Origin: Actinomycetes bacterium
GTDB lineage: Bacteria > Actinomycetota > Actinomycetes > DATJPE01
NCBI GenBank assembly: GCA_031430645.1
Contig: JANPBY010000190.1
Location: 1-60,755, forward strand
Reading direction: 5' to 3'
Length of the DNA: 60,755 nt
The position numbers and the translations under genes were made by a program. How positions within the stretch are numbered: position 1 is the first letter of the stretch; the number at the start of each line of letters is the position of its first letter. Positions 28,214-38,459 of this stretch are shown piece after piece. The notes below the pieces were generated by a model that saw only the letters and a list, made by a program, of their open reading frames with translations, searched no databases and was not told where the DNA came from.

Positions 28214-29371
28214 ATGATCGGCCTCAAACGGGTGACCAAGTCCTATCCCGACGGCACTGTGGCGGTGGCCGAATTGTCGCTGGACGTCGCCGCTGGCGAG
28301 CTGTGCGTCCTCGTGGGCCCGTCCGGGTGCGGCAAGACCACGACGATGCGGATGATCAACCGGCTGATCGAGCCGACCACTGGCCAGATCTTCATCGACG
28401 GGCGCGATGTCACCCACAGCGACCCGGTGCAGGTACGGCGCGGGATCGGCTACGTCATCCAGCAGGTGGGGCTGTTTCCCCACCAGACCATCGAGCAGAA
28501 CGTCGCCACCGTGCCGCACCTGCTCGGCTGGTCCAAGGACCGACGACGGGCGCGAGTCAGCGAACTGCTGGAGCTCGTCGGCCTCGACCCAGCGACGTAC
28601 GCCTCGCGCTATCCACACCAACTCTCGGGCGGCCAGCGTCAGCGCGTAGGGGTCGCCCGCGCACTAGCTGCGGACCCACCGGTCCTGCTCATGGACGAAC
28701 CGTTCGGAGCAGTGGACCCGATCGCCCGTGAGCGCCTCCAGATGGAGTTCCTTCGCCTGCAAGCCGAGCTGCACAAGACCGTGGTGTTCGTAACCCACGA
28801 CGTCGAGGAGGCCGTGCGGCTCGGCGACCGGATCGCCGTGCTGCGTCAAGGGGGCCACCTCGAGCAGTACGACACGCCGGCAACCGTCTTGGGGGCGCCG
28901 GCGACGGACTTCGTCGCTGACTTCGTCGGAGCCGATCGAGGGCTGAAACGGTTGGGCGTCACGGCGATCGCGGACGAGGACCTCGAGCACCCCCCGGTTC
29001 TCCACCTCGACGACCGGTTGGCGTTTGCCTCCGCCCGGTTGCATGCGGTGGGGGCGCGGGCCGCCGTCGTCCTAGACGACGAGGACCACCTCCATGGGTG
29101 GGTCGGGATCGACCGGTTGGCAGGACAAGGAACCGTCGCTGACCGGGCGCGGCGCCTCGAAGCCTGGGTCCCCAGAGAGGCTTCGCTCAAGCAGGCGTTT
29201 GCCCAGATGCTGCAACATGACGCCGGGTGGGTGGCCGTGCTTGACGGCGACCGGCTGCTCGGTGTTCTCACCCCGGCCGGGCTGCACCACGCGCTGCGCA
29301 GGTCGGTCGAGGCCGACGTGCAAAACCGTGACCCAGGTGAGGTTTCCATCGAGACTGCACCGCATGCCTGA
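28214..29371 (+). CDS. Osmoprotectant-type ABC ATP-binding protein with C-terminal CBS-like region
   Basis: GPSGCGKTT, LSGGQRQR, LLMDEPF and VTHD. Start uncertain (ATG 28214 or GTG 28148). Confidence 0.93.
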   Translation: MIGLKRVTKSYPDGTVAVAELSLDVAAGELCVLVGPSGCGKTTTMRMINRLIEPTTGQIFIDGRDVTHSDPVQVRRGIGYVIQQVGLFPHQTIEQNVATVPHLLGWSKDRRRARVSELLELVGLDPATYASRYPHQLSGGQRQRVGVARALAADPPVLLMDEPFGAVDPIARERLQMEFLRLQAELHKTVVFVTHDVEEAVRLGDRIAVLRQGGHLEQYDTPATVLGAPATDFVADFVGADRGLKRLGVTAIADEDLEHPPVLHLDDRLAFASARLHAVGARAAVVLDDEDHLHGWVGIDRLAGQGTVADRARRLEAWVPREASLKQAFAQMLQHDAGWVAVLDGDRLLGVLTPAGLHHALRRSVEADVQNRDPGEVSIETAPHA

Positions 29372-30542
29372 TTCCAACCCGGCTACGGCACTGGCGCCGA
29401 CCGCTCAAGAACTCGCAATCGTCCGTCGCCTGGTCGGGGCCGTCGAAACCGAACTGCTCGAGCTCTCTCGTGCCCTCTACAACGATCCGGAATTGGCCTA
29501 CGCGGAGCATCGTTCCGCCGAGCTCTGCGCTCAGCTCCTCGAGAGCCATGGGCTGGTCGTGGAGCGTGGGGCGTACGGCCTCCCGACAGCGTTCGCAGCC
29601 CGGGCCGGCACCACTGGACCGCATGTCGTGATCTGCGCTGAGTACGACGCCCTGCCCGAAGTGGGACATGCCTGCGGTCACAACGTCATCGCGGCTTCAG
29701 CGGTCGGCGCGGGAATCGCGCTCGCTGCCCTCGCCGATGACATCGGGCTCCGGATCACCGTCCTCGGAACTCCGGCTGAAGAAGTGGGCGGCGGCAAGGT
29801 CGACCTGATTGAGGCGGGTGCGCTCGAGGGCGTCGACGCCGCGATGATGGTGCACCCCTCGCCCTTCGACGACTACGCACCTCGCGGGCTGGCCATCGAG
29901 GAATGGCGAGTCGTCGTACGCGGCCGTACGTCGCACGCGAGCGCCGCGCCCGAACTGGGACGCAACGCACTCGACGGTCTGGTGCTCGGCTACACCTCAA
30001 TCGGATTGCTGCGTCAGCATTTTCGGCCTCTCCAGCAGGTCCACGGGATCATCACGCACGGCGGAGCTGCGCCCAACATCGTCCCCGACCTGGTCGAAGC
30101 GTCGTACTACCTCCGCGCTGTCGACGCCGCCGACCTCGAGGATCTGCGCGGCCGATTCAGGGCTTGCCTCGAGGGGGCTGCTCACGCCAGCGGAACGACA
30201 GTGGAGATCACCCAGGTCGGTCACGCTTACGAGCCCATCAGCGCCCATCAGGGCCTGGCAGCAGCCTTTACGGCAGCCTGCGCGGCGCTTGGCCGGCCGT
30301 ACACCCCAGACCCCCAGGACGGCCTCGGTGGCTCGACCGACTTCGGGAACGTGAGCCAGCTCGTTCCCGGCCTGCACGCCGACCTCGCCGTCCACTCGTG
30401 GCCCACCGTCAACCACCAGATCGAGTTCGCCGACCATTGCGTCACCGAGGCCGGAGACCGTGCCCTGCTCGACGGAGCCATGGCGATGACCCTGACCGCG
30501 CTGAGGATCGCCGCCAACCCCACCCTCCTCACGCGCCGCTAA
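29364..30542 (+). CDS. M20-family amidohydrolase (Acy1L2/PM20D2/AbgB-like)
   Basis: PELAYAE, AEYDALP, GHACGHN, GTPAEE, MVHP and GGSTDFGNVS; overlaps the ATPase stop by 8 nt. Confidence 0.92.
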   Translation: MPDSNPATALAPTAQELAIVRRLVGAVETELLELSRALYNDPELAYAEHRSAELCAQLLESHGLVVERGAYGLPTAFAARAGTTGPHVVICAEYDALPEVGHACGHNVIAASAVGAGIALAALADDIGLRITVLGTPAEEVGGGKVDLIEAGALEGVDAAMMVHPSPFDDYAPRGLAIEEWRVVVRGRTSHASAAPELGRNALDGLVLGYTSIGLLRQHFRPLQQVHGIITHGGAAPNIVPDLVEASYYLRAVDAADLEDLRGRFRACLEGAAHASGTTVEITQVGHAYEPISAHQGLAAAFTAACAALGRPYTPDPQDGLGGSTDFGNVSQLVPGLHADLAVHSWPTVNHQIEFADHCVTEAGDRALLDGAMAMTLTALRIAANPTLLTRR

Positions 30543-30548
30543 CCAAGC

Positions 30549-30679
30549 AGCGCGGAGTCTGGGGCCTCGCCGTGGCCGGAGCGCGGAGTCTGGGGGTTGG
30601 GGGGCCGGGCGTGGATGGGGCTGGCGGGAGGCCGAGCGAAGCGAGGCCGGATGGCTGCCCGGCCCCCCAACCCCCAGAC
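30549..30679. repeat. Intergenic inverted-repeat element (REP/MITE-like, possible bidirectional terminator)
   Basis: Perfect 23-bp inverted repeat (30588-30610 / 30657-30679) around GCCGAGCGAAGCGAGGC, plus a 16-nt direct repeat AGCGCGGAGTCTGGGG at 30549 and 30580; lies between convergent genes. Confidence 0.85.
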
Positions 30680-30702
30680 GCAGCGCGCCCGCGGCGCCTC
30701 GA

Positions 30703-31170
30703 TCAGGAGGTGGCGTGGGCCTCGTCGATGTCCTCCGGGAGTCGGAGGACTCGTTCGAGGAGGAGCGCGCCCATGACGACGACCACGGCCCCCAGCACGC
30801 ACAACACGCAACGAAGTACGACCTCCTTGCGGTAGTCGGTCGTCAGGTCGCCGACCAGGAACAACGCATAGCCGGAATACCCACCAGCCACCACCGCCCC
30901 TACGCGCGACGCGGCCACCCCGAGAGCAGCAAGCCGCGCCCCTACCAACGGAGGCAGCGGCTTGGTCCCCTCCTTGCCCTCAAGTCGAGCCCGGGTTCGG
31001 ATGGCCGTATAGATGAGCGCCGCACCGGCGGCCGCGAGGACCAGTGCGGCAGACCACGGAACACTGGCCACCTCACCTCGTGCGAGGTACACCAGCCGCG
31101 CCACGAGCCAACCAAAAACCCCACCCACGGCAGCCCAGGCGACCAGGGTGCGCCACCCAGTCGCCGTCAC
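30703..31170 (-). CDS. DUF3180-family membrane protein
   Basis: Four TM helices, AARL..LGVAASRVGA..GGYSG-like segment and LLLERVLRLP; GTGA overlap with folK; conserved synteny. Confidence 0.88.
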   Translation of the reverse strand: MTATGWRTLVAWAAVGGVFGWLVARLVYLARGEVASVPWSAALVLAAAGAALIYTAIRTRARLEGKEGTKPLPPLVGARLAALGVAASRVGAVVAGGYSGYALFLVGDLTTDYRKEVVLRCVLCVLGAVVVVMGALLLERVLRLPEDIDEAHATS

Positions 31171-31724
31171 TCCTGATCCTCCGCGAACGGCTGCCTTACC
31201 GACAGCACCAACCGATGGAGCCGCACATCGACGAGAGCCGAGGCCGGTAAAGCCTCGAGCAGGTCCAGCACCCGGCCGCGTCCCGCAACCACGAAGGCCG
31301 GGTCGACCTGAGCCCAAGGCACGAGCACGAAGCCTCGCTCATGAGCCCGAGGATGCGGCACGGAAAGGGTCGGGTCATCCCAGACCTCTGAGCCCACCGC
31401 GAGGACGTCAACATCGAGAGTGCGCGGACCCCAGCGTTCGACCCGCACGCGCCCGAGCCTCGCCTCGACATCCAAGGCCGCATCGAGCAACGCGCGCGCA
31501 GTCAGGCTGGTCTCGATCACCAGCACAGCGTTGAGATAGGCGCCCTGCTCAGGGCCACCGACGGCACCGGTCTCGAAGACCGAAGAGATGGCCAGCAACC
31601 GCAGACCGGCTACACCGCCGAGCTCGGCGACGGCCGAAGCGAGGGTCGCCTCGCGGTCCCCCAGGTTGGAACCGAGGGCGAGCGCGCCGCGGCGTACGGC
31701 TGCCGGCTGCGGCTCCGGGCTCAC
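31167..31724 (-). CDS. folK: 6-hydroxymethyl-7,8-dihydropterin pyrophosphokinase
   Basis: LALGSNLGDR, YLNAV, RWGPRTLDVD and PHPRAHERGFVLVP. Confidence 0.97.
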   Translation of the reverse strand: MSPEPQPAAVRRGALALGSNLGDREATLASAVAELGGVAGLRLLAISSVFETGAVGGPEQGAYLNAVLVIETSLTARALLDAALDVEARLGRVRVERWGPRTLDVDVLAVGSEVWDDPTLSVPHPRAHERGFVLVPWAQVDPAFVVAGRGRVLDLLEALPASALVDVRLHRLVLSVRQPFAEDQE

Positions 31725-32086
31725 GCACGATCCCGGACGACGCGGATCTCGACGTCGTCGAAACCAACGGTCATCGGGGCCTCGGGCTTGTGCACCGTGA
31801 CCTCGACCCGTTCGACTCGTGGATCGACCAAGCAGACATCGGCGATCCGCTGAGCCAGGGTCTCGATGAGGCGCACGGGCTCACCTGCCACGACCTCCAC
31901 GACCCTGGCTCCGATCACGCCATAGTCGACGGTGTCGTCGAGCTCGTCGCTGGCTGCAGCGGGCCTGGTGTCGAAGTGCAGCACGACGTCGACGACGAAG
32001 ATCTGACCGTCCCGGGTCTCGTGTTCGTACCAGCCGTGGCGACCGCGAGCCCGCAGGCCGCGCAGCACCACCCGATCCACGGTCAT
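31721..32086 (-). CDS. folB: Dihydroneopterin aldolase
   Basis: GRHGWYEHE..GQIFVVD, SDELDDTVDY, LIETLA and VHKPEAP. Confidence 0.96.
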   Translation of the reverse strand: MTVDRVVLRGLRARGRHGWYEHETRDGQIFVVDVVLHFDTRPAAASDELDDTVDYGVIGARVVEVVAGEPVRLIETLAQRIADVCLVDPRVERVEVTVHKPEAPMTVGFDDVEIRVVRDRA

Positions 32087-32093
32087 CGCGAAC

Positions 32094-32960
32094 TCACCGC
32101 GCGCCCAGCCAGGCAGCGGCAACGCGGACAGCATCCAGGCTGCCCGCGACGTCGTGGACCCGAACGCACCAGACGCCTTTGCGGGCGGCCAGCGCGGACA
32201 GGGCATCAGTTCCAGCGTCTCGGCCCTCGACCGGACGATCGTTGCCAGTGACCGGATCAGCCAACGCATTGCCGAGAAACCGCTTGCGAGAGGCGCCGAT
32301 CAACAGCGGCCGTCCCAAGGCATCCAGCTCATGGAGGTGCGCCAGCAGCGTCCAGTTGTGCGCGGTCTGCTTGGCGAACCCGAGCCCGGGGTCCAGAACT
32401 ACGTGCGACGGATCGAGTCCGGCGGCAACTGCCGCGTCAAGGCGAGCGGAGAGCTCACAGCGGACTTCGCGAACGACGTCGTCATAGACCGCGAGCGACT
32501 CCATCTCGGTGCTCGGCCCCCGCCAGTGCATGGCCACGTAGGGGACGCGGAGACCAGCAACCGTCGGCAGCATGGCTGAGTCCGCCAGCCCGCCGGACAC
32601 GTCGTTGACGAGCACGGCCCCGGCGGCCACGGCCTCGCTAGCGGTCTCGGCCCGCATCGTGTCGATGCTCACGTTGATGCCATCCGCCACCAGCATCTGG
32701 ATCACCGGAAGGACCCGAGCATGCTCAACCTCGAGGGGCACCCGCTCTGCGCCAGGCCGGGTCGACTCGCCACCGACATCCACCAGGTCAGCGCCGGCTG
32801 CAGCCAAAGCGCGACCCTTTGCCACTGCATCGTCCACGGCCAAGAACCGGCCGCCGTCGGAAAACGAGTCCGGGGTCACGTTGAGAACGCCCATCACCAG
32901 CGTGCGACCCAACTGACGCAACTGGTCCGGCAGCCCGGCCGGCTCACGGGGCGATGTCAC
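32094..32960 (-). CDS. folP: Dihydropteroate synthase
   Basis: MGVLNVTPDSFSDGG, GGESTRPG, DPGLGFAK, SRKRF and RVHDV. Confidence 0.98.
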   Translation of the reverse strand: MTSPREPAGLPDQLRQLGRTLVMGVLNVTPDSFSDGGRFLAVDDAVAKGRALAAAGADLVDVGGESTRPGAERVPLEVEHARVLPVIQMLVADGINVSIDTMRAETASEAVAAGAVLVNDVSGGLADSAMLPTVAGLRVPYVAMHWRGPSTEMESLAVYDDVVREVRCELSARLDAAVAAGLDPSHVVLDPGLGFAKQTAHNWTLLAHLHELDALGRPLLIGASRKRFLGNALADPVTGNDRPVEGRDAGTDALSALAARKGVWCVRVHDVAGSLDAVRVAAAWLGAR

Positions 32961-32997
32961 AAGATCGAGCCTACGGATGCCGGCGAAGTCTCGTGGC

Positions 32998-33618
32998 TCA
33001 ACGCCCGGCCATGATCAGGCTCATGGCCTCGGCGCGAGTCGCCGGGTCCCGGAGCTGTCCCCGAACCGCCGACGTCACGGTCGTGGATCCGGGCTTGCGC
33101 ACTCCCCGCATGGCCATGCAGAGATGCTCGCACTCGAACACGACGATGACGCCTCGCGGTTCAAGCTCAGCCATCATCGCCTCCGCCACCTGAGTTGTGA
33201 GCCGCTCCTGCACCTGAGGCCGCTTGGCGTAGACGTCGACCAGTCGAGCCAGCTTGGACAACCCGGTGATCCGCCCCTCCACGCTGGGGATATAACCCAC
33301 GTGGGCTTTGCCGAAGAACGGCACCAGATGATGCTCACACTGGCTCCACACCTCGATGTCACGGACGAGGACCAGCTCGTCGTGCCCGAGGTCAAAGGTC
33401 GTCGTAAGGACGTCCTTGGGCCCTTGCCTGAGTCCAGCAAAGACCTCGGCATACATCCGGGCGACCCGACTCGGGGTGTCGCGCAGGCCTTCGCGGTCAG
33501 GGTCTTCCCCGACAGCGATGAGCAACTCCCGGATCGCCCGCTCGGCACGCCCATAGTCGAAGTCGGGTACGGAGGCTTCGCGCACCGTCCTCGCGGGCAG
33601 CGTGATGGGGTCGACCAT
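32998..33618 (-). CDS. folE: GTP cyclohydrolase I
   Basis: [34 protein letters not shown] and HLCMAMRG. Start approximate (ATG 33618). Confidence 0.97.
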   Translation of the reverse strand: MVDPITLPARTVREASVPDFDYGRAERAIRELLIAVGEDPDREGLRDTPSRVARMYAEVFAGLRQGPKDVLTTTFDLGHDELVLVRDIEVWSQCEHHLVPFFGKAHVGYIPSVEGRITGLSKLARLVDVYAKRPQVQERLTTQVAEAMMAELEPRGVIVVFECEHLCMAMRGVRKPGSTTVTSAVRGQLRDPATRAEAMSLIMAGR

Positions 33619-33631
33619 GGGGCTGACGGGC

Positions 33632-35650
33632 CTAGGCCGGGGGCTCTGGGACGGCGTCGTCGAGGCTCTCGGACGGCGCTGCATCAACCGGCGCGTGGAC
33701 ACCGTTCGCGGAGCCGTTCGCGGAGCCGTTCGCCGAGCCGTTCGCGGAGGGGTCGAGACCCGCGAGCTCCCTGGGCGAGATGACCGGAGGTCGGTCAGAG
33801 ACTGGGCGGGCCGAGGAGGACAGCCACACCGAACGGATCTCCCGGCGCCGCATCGGCTCGAAGATCCGCGCAAGCTCCTCCTTGTTGAGCGTCTCCTTCT
33901 CGAGCAGCTCTAGGACAAGGGCGTCGAGGATGTCGCGGTTGTCGTTGATGATTTCCCAGGCCTCGTCGTGTGCGGTGTCGATGAGGACCCGCACCTCCTG
34001 GTCGACGATTTCCGCGATGCCCTCGGAGTAGTCCCGCTGGTGGCCCATGTCACGCCCGAGGAAAACCTCGCCGGACTCCTGACCCAACTTGATGGCGCCG
34101 ATGCGCTCGCTCATGCCGTACTGCGTGACCATCGCGCGCGCGACCGACGTGGCCTTCTCGATGTCGTTCGCCGCGCCCGTAGTCGGGTCGTGGAAGACCA
34201 TCTCCTCGGCGACCCGGCCACCCAGCATGTAGGCGAGCTGGTCGAGCATCTCGTTGCGCGTCGTGGAGTACTTGTCTTCTTCCGGGAGCACCATCGTGTA
34301 GCCGAGCGCCCGACCTCGGGGCAGGATCGTCACCTTGTGCACGGGGTCGGACTGCGGCAGTGCAGCAGCAACCAGGGCGTGCCCGCCCTCGTGGTAAGCC
34401 GTGATCTTGCGCTCTTTCTCGTTCATCAACCGGGTGCGCTTCTGTGGCCCGGCGATCACCCGGTCGATGGCCTCGTCCATGGACGTGGCGTCGACCAGCG
34501 TTCCGCCCTGGCGTGCGGTGAGGAGAGCAGCCTCGTTGAGGACGTTGGCGAGGTCAGCACCGGTGAAGCCGGGCGTACGTCGCGCGACGGCTCGGAGGTC
34601 GACGTCCGGAGCGATCGGCTTGCCCTTGGCGTGCACCGTCAGGATCGCCTCGCGGCCGTTGAGGTCCGGGCGCTCGACGGCGATCTGGCGGTCGAACCGT
34701 CCTGGGCGCAGCAGCGCCGGGTCAAGGATGTCGGGTCGGTTGGTGGCAGCGATCAAGATGATGCCGCCCTTCACGTCGAAGCCGTCCATCTCGACGAGGA
34801 GTTGATTGAGGGTCTGCTCGCGCTCGTCGTGTCCGCCGCCGAGGCCGGCCCCACGGTGTCGACCGACCGCATCGATCTCGTCGACGAAGATGATGGCTGG
34901 GGCGTTGGCCTTGGCCTGTTCGAAGAGATCGCGGACCCGGCTCGCGCCGACACCCACGAACATCTCGACGAAGTCCGAGCCGGAGATCGAGAAGAACGGC
35001 ACCCCCGCTTCGCCCGCCACGGCGCGCGCGAGGAGCGTCTTGCCCGTGCCTGGCGGGCCGTACAGCAGGACGCCCTTGGGGATCTTGGCACCCACCGCCT
35101 GGAACTTGGCGGGCTCGGCCAGGAAGTCCTTGATCTCCTCAAGCTCTTCCACTGCCTCAGCGGCGCCCGCGACATCAGCGAAGGTGGTCTTGGGAGTGTC
35201 CTTGGAGACCAGTTTGGCCTTGGACTTCCCGAACTGCATGACCCGGGAACCGCCGCCTTGCATCTGGTTCATCACGAAGAAGAACAGGACGACCAACAAG
35301 ATGATCGGCAGCAAGTTGATGAGGAGCGAGGTGAGGAGGCCCTGCGTGGGGTTCTTGCCGTCGTAGCCCTCAGCGGGGACGTTCGCCTTCAGTGCCTCAG
35401 CGAGGATCGGGCCCTGAGCGGCGATGTATTGGGCCTGCTGCTTGGTGCCGTCCAGCAAGGTGACCTCGACGCGCTGCTCGCGGTCGATGATCAGGGCTGA
35501 CTTGACCTGGTCGCCCTCGATGGCCGCCAAGATGTCGGAGGTCTTGACCCGGGATGCCTCACCCGTTGAGGACACCAGCTGGGCAGCCAGGAGCAGCACC
35601 AGGACCAGCAAGGCGATCCAGACGAAGGGACCCCGCAGATAACGCTTCAC
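33632..35650 (-). CDS. ftsH: ATP-dependent zinc metalloprotease FtsH
   Basis: Two TM helices, [25 protein letters not shown] and HEGGH. Confidence 0.99.
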   Translation of the reverse strand: MKRYLRGPFVWIALLVLVLLLAAQLVSSTGEASRVKTSDILAAIEGDQVKSALIIDREQRVEVTLLDGTKQQAQYIAAQGPILAEALKANVPAEGYDGKNPTQGLLTSLLINLLPIILLVVLFFFVMNQMQGGGSRVMQFGKSKAKLVSKDTPKTTFADVAGAAEAVEELEEIKDFLAEPAKFQAVGAKIPKGVLLYGPPGTGKTLLARAVAGEAGVPFFSISGSDFVEMFVGVGASRVRDLFEQAKANAPAIIFVDEIDAVGRHRGAGLGGGHDEREQTLNQLLVEMDGFDVKGGIILIAATNRPDILDPALLRPGRFDRQIAVERPDLNGREAILTVHAKGKPIAPDVDLRAVARRTPGFTGADLANVLNEAALLTARQGGTLVDATSMDEAIDRVIAGPQKRTRLMNEKERKITAYHEGGHALVAAALPQSDPVHKVTILPRGRALGYTMVLPEEDKYSTTRNEMLDQLAYMLGGRVAEEMVFHDPTTGAANDIEKATSVARAMVTQYGMSERIGAIKLGQESGEVFLGRDMGHQRDYSEGIAEIVDQEVRVLIDTAHDEAWEIINDNRDILDALVLELLEKETLNKEELARIFEPMRRREIRSVWLSSSARPVSDRPPVISPRELAGLDPSANGSANGSANGSANGVHAPVDAAPSESLDDAVPEPPA
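33702..33749. repeat. 12-bp tandem repeat x4 encoding (SANG)4 in the FtsH tail
   Basis: CCGTTCGCGGAG x4 with one mismatch. Confidence 0.9.
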
Positions 35651-35803
35651 CGACGATAGGGGCGCGAGGCGCCCCGCCTCCTGCCATAGGACGGATGAAC
35701 GGTCCCCGGAGCATGAGCCTTCGGGGACTCAACGGTACCCCGACACGCGGGCGGGCGCGCCCGGGTCACCGCGACGTTCGCAGGCGGCGTAGTCGCTCAG
35801 GTC

Positions 35804-36355
35804 TCAGGTGTAGACGTGCGGTGCCAGCGTGCCGACGAACGGCAGCGTGCGGTAGCGCTCGGCGTAGTCGAGGCCGTACCCGACGACGAACTCGTTGGGG
35901 ATGTCGAAGCCGACATAGCGCACGACGACATCCACCTGAGCCGCGTCGGGTTTGCGCAGCAACGCGAACACCTCAACCGAGGCTGGTCCCCGAGAACGAA
36001 GATTGCTCAGGAGCCACGAGAGCGTCAGGCCCGAGTCGATGATGTCCTCGACGACGAGCACATGCCGTCCGGTGATGTCGCCGTCCAGGTCCTTGAGGAT
36101 GCGGACCACCCCTGAGGACTTCGTGCCCGAGCCGTAGGACGAAACCGCCATCCAGTCCATCTGCGCCGGGGAGTGCAACGCCCGGCCCAGATCAGCCATC
36201 ACCATGACGGCGCCCTTGAGAACACCCACGATCAGCAGGTCCAGCCCGGCGTAGTCGGCGTCCACATCAGCGGCGAGCTCGATGATCCGCCCTCGGATGC
36301 TGTCTTCCGAAACCAGAACCTTCTCGAGGTCGGTGCCAACGTCCTCAGCGTTCAC
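35804..36355 (-). CDS. hpt: Hypoxanthine phosphoribosyltransferase
   Basis: [23 protein letters not shown] and FVVGYGLDY. Confidence 0.98.
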   Translation of the reverse strand: MNAEDVGTDLEKVLVSEDSIRGRIIELAADVDADYAGLDLLIVGVLKGAVMVMADLGRALHSPAQMDWMAVSSYGSGTKSSGVVRILKDLDGDITGRHVLVVEDIIDSGLTLSWLLSNLRSRGPASVEVFALLRKPDAAQVDVVVRYVGFDIPNEFVVGYGLDYAERYRTLPFVGTLAPHVYT

Positions 36356-37373
36356 CGGGCGCCTCCTGGCTCTGCGTGGCTTCAGCCCGGTCGCGGGCGA
36401 GGGTCAGCCTCCCACAGTCACGGCTGGCCGACACACCCCCGGGGAGTGCCGCTGCCCCTTGGCCGTGCCAATGCACGACAAGGTCTTCCAACGCCCGAAC
36501 GTGCACCTCACCGAGCGAGCCCGTCGGACTGCCAGCCGACACCGCAGCGCGGCGAAGCACCCGCGTGCGGACGGCCTCTGGAAGGTCCGTCAGGTCATCA
36601 ACGTCCACGGTCACGGCTCCCTCGGCGTGGAGCACGACGCAGTCGTCCGTGACTTCAGCGGCCCAGCCATCCAGGGCATCCGCATCCGCCCGGAGAAGTC
36701 CCGCCGTGCGAGCCAGCGCCGCTGACACTCCCGGATCCAGGATGCGTTCCAGGTAGGGCAACAGGTCGTGGCGAACCCGAACTCTGGTGAATGCGGGGTC
36801 GTTGTTGTGCGGGTCGTCCCATGGCTCGAGCCCGTTCGCCCTGGCGGCAGCACGTACGTCGGTGCGCGACAGCGCAAGGAACGGGCGCCGAAGCCAACCA
36901 TTGACTGCTGACATGCCCGCGAGGGATCGCGCACCGGAGCCCCGCGCGAGTCCCAACAGCACGGTCTCCGCCTGGTCATCGCGGGTATGCCCGAGCAGGA
37001 TCACCGACGCGCCAAGCCGGGCACGCGCCTCCTCCAGCGCGGCATAGCGGGCGTCGCGCGCAGCAGCCTCCGGCCCCCCGACGGCGCCCACGGCAACCGT
37101 CGCCACCTCGACCGGATCAAGCCCTCGGGTCCGCAACACGGCCGCCACAGCAGCGGCGTGCGAAGCCGAGCCCGGTTGCAGCCCGTGATCGACAACGACT
37201 GCACCGACCCTCCACCCCGCCCGGCCACCCTCGTGGTGCGCAGCTACCGCCAGAGCGAGCGAGTCCGCACCTCCACTGCACGCGACGAGCACCAGGTCAC
37301 CGGGAGCATGGTCGGAGAGCAACTCCCGGACTGCTCGTCGGGTGTCCGCCACTGACTTCGGCGGGCCGGTCAT
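36345..37373 (-). CDS. tilS: tRNA(Ile)-lysidine synthetase
   Basis: PP-loop [32 protein letters not shown] and DPHN; ATGA overlap with the upstream gene. Confidence 0.97.
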   Translation of the reverse strand: MTGPPKSVADTRRAVRELLSDHAPGDLVLVACSGGADSLALAVAAHHEGGRAGWRVGAVVVDHGLQPGSASHAAAVAAVLRTRGLDPVEVATVAVGAVGGPEAAARDARYAALEEARARLGASVILLGHTRDDQAETVLLGLARGSGARSLAGMSAVNGWLRRPFLALSRTDVRAAARANGLEPWDDPHNNDPAFTRVRVRHDLLPYLERILDPGVSAALARTAGLLRADADALDGWAAEVTDDCVVLHAEGAVTVDVDDLTDLPEAVRTRVLRRAAVSAGSPTGSLGEVHVRALEDLVVHWHGQGAAALPGGVSASRDCGRLTLARDRAEATQSQEAPGER

Positions 37374-38425
37374 GACGCGGGGCGCAGCCGAGCCACCCAT
37401 GCGGCAGGATCTGCGAGCTCGGCCGGGGTGGGGAGCGCTGATGGGTCTGACCAGACCTGATTGAAGCCGGCCATGCCAACCTGGTCGATGACGGCGTGGA
37501 CGAAGACGGCGCCGTCGCGGTACTGCCTCATCTTTGCGTCCATGCCCAGCAAGGTCCGCAGGGCCGCATCGGACTTGGACGGGTGGGTGCGCCGATGCTG
37601 AAAACGCTCCCGAATCGCAGCCACCGAGGGAACGACCTCGGGGCCGACACCGTCCATGACGACATCGGCGTGACCTTCGAGCAGGGACATCACGGCGGTG
37701 AGCCGCTCCACGACGACCCGCTGCTCCGGAGTCTGAACGAGATCGGCCAAGGACGGGACCGTACGTCCACGAGCCGCGGCCATCAGGGCTTCCGCGACCT
37801 CACGGAAACGGCGGGCCACCGCGCCCGGCGTTGAGTCGATGCTCGTGAGCAGGCCCTGGATCTCACCGACCAGGTGAGCCCGCAGCCACGGAACGGCACC
37901 GAACTGCACGCGATGCGTTTCCTCGTGCAGGCACACCCACAGCCGGAAGTCGCTGGGATCCACCCCCAGCTCCCGCTCGGCCGCGACGATGTTGGGCGCC
38001 ACCAGGAGCAGGCGACCGGGCCGGCTCTCGCCCGGTGCGAAAACCTCGAACTGACCCAGGACCTTCGAGGAGAGCCAGGCGAGCACAGCACCAAGCTCGA
38101 AGGCGGTGAGCCCCCCTCCCACAGTGGCCACCGCGCTGGACGGGTCCCGGCCGCGCAGCAGTTGCTCCTCCACCGGTTCCACCAACGCCCTGAAACCCTC
38201 GACGTTCGCACGCAGCCAGGTGGGGCGGTCCACGTCTTCGACCGGAGCTCCGGCAACCGGGGCATCCAATCCGGTGAAGGCGCGAACGTGGCTGCGAGCC
38301 TCAACGGCGGCCTTGCGAAGCTCCTCGACGGCGGCCCGGGCTTCGGAGGCCGGGAGCACCGGACCGCCACGCACCAACCGGGATCCGGTGCGCGCGGCAA
38401 GGTCCCAGTCGACGAGGGCGGCCAC
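37370..38425 (-). CDS. Zinc-dependent metalloprotease-like protein (DUF2342)
   Basis: VDWDLA, VLGQF, LLLVAPNI, HEETH, LEGHAD and KMRQY; conserved between dacB and tilS. Confidence 0.9.
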   Translation of the reverse strand: MAALVDWDLAARTGSRLVRGGPVLPASEARAAVEELRKAAVEARSHVRAFTGLDAPVAGAPVEDVDRPTWLRANVEGFRALVEPVEEQLLRGRDPSSAVATVGGGLTAFELGAVLAWLSSKVLGQFEVFAPGESRPGRLLLVAPNIVAAERELGVDPSDFRLWVCLHEETHRVQFGAVPWLRAHLVGEIQGLLTSIDSTPGAVARRFREVAEALMAAARGRTVPSLADLVQTPEQRVVVERLTAVMSLLEGHADVVMDGVGPEVVPSVAAIRERFQHRRTHPSKSDAALRTLLGMDAKMRQYRDGAVFVHAVIDQVGMAGFNQVWSDPSALPTPAELADPAAWVARLRPAS

Positions 38426-38459
38426 GTGTCCACCGTACGCACCGACGGGCGGGAGCCGA

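Noticed and set aside
30549-30686. Possible CRISPR array
   Set aside because: Only one inverted repeat and one short duplicated 16-mer; no repeat-spacer series and no cas genes.
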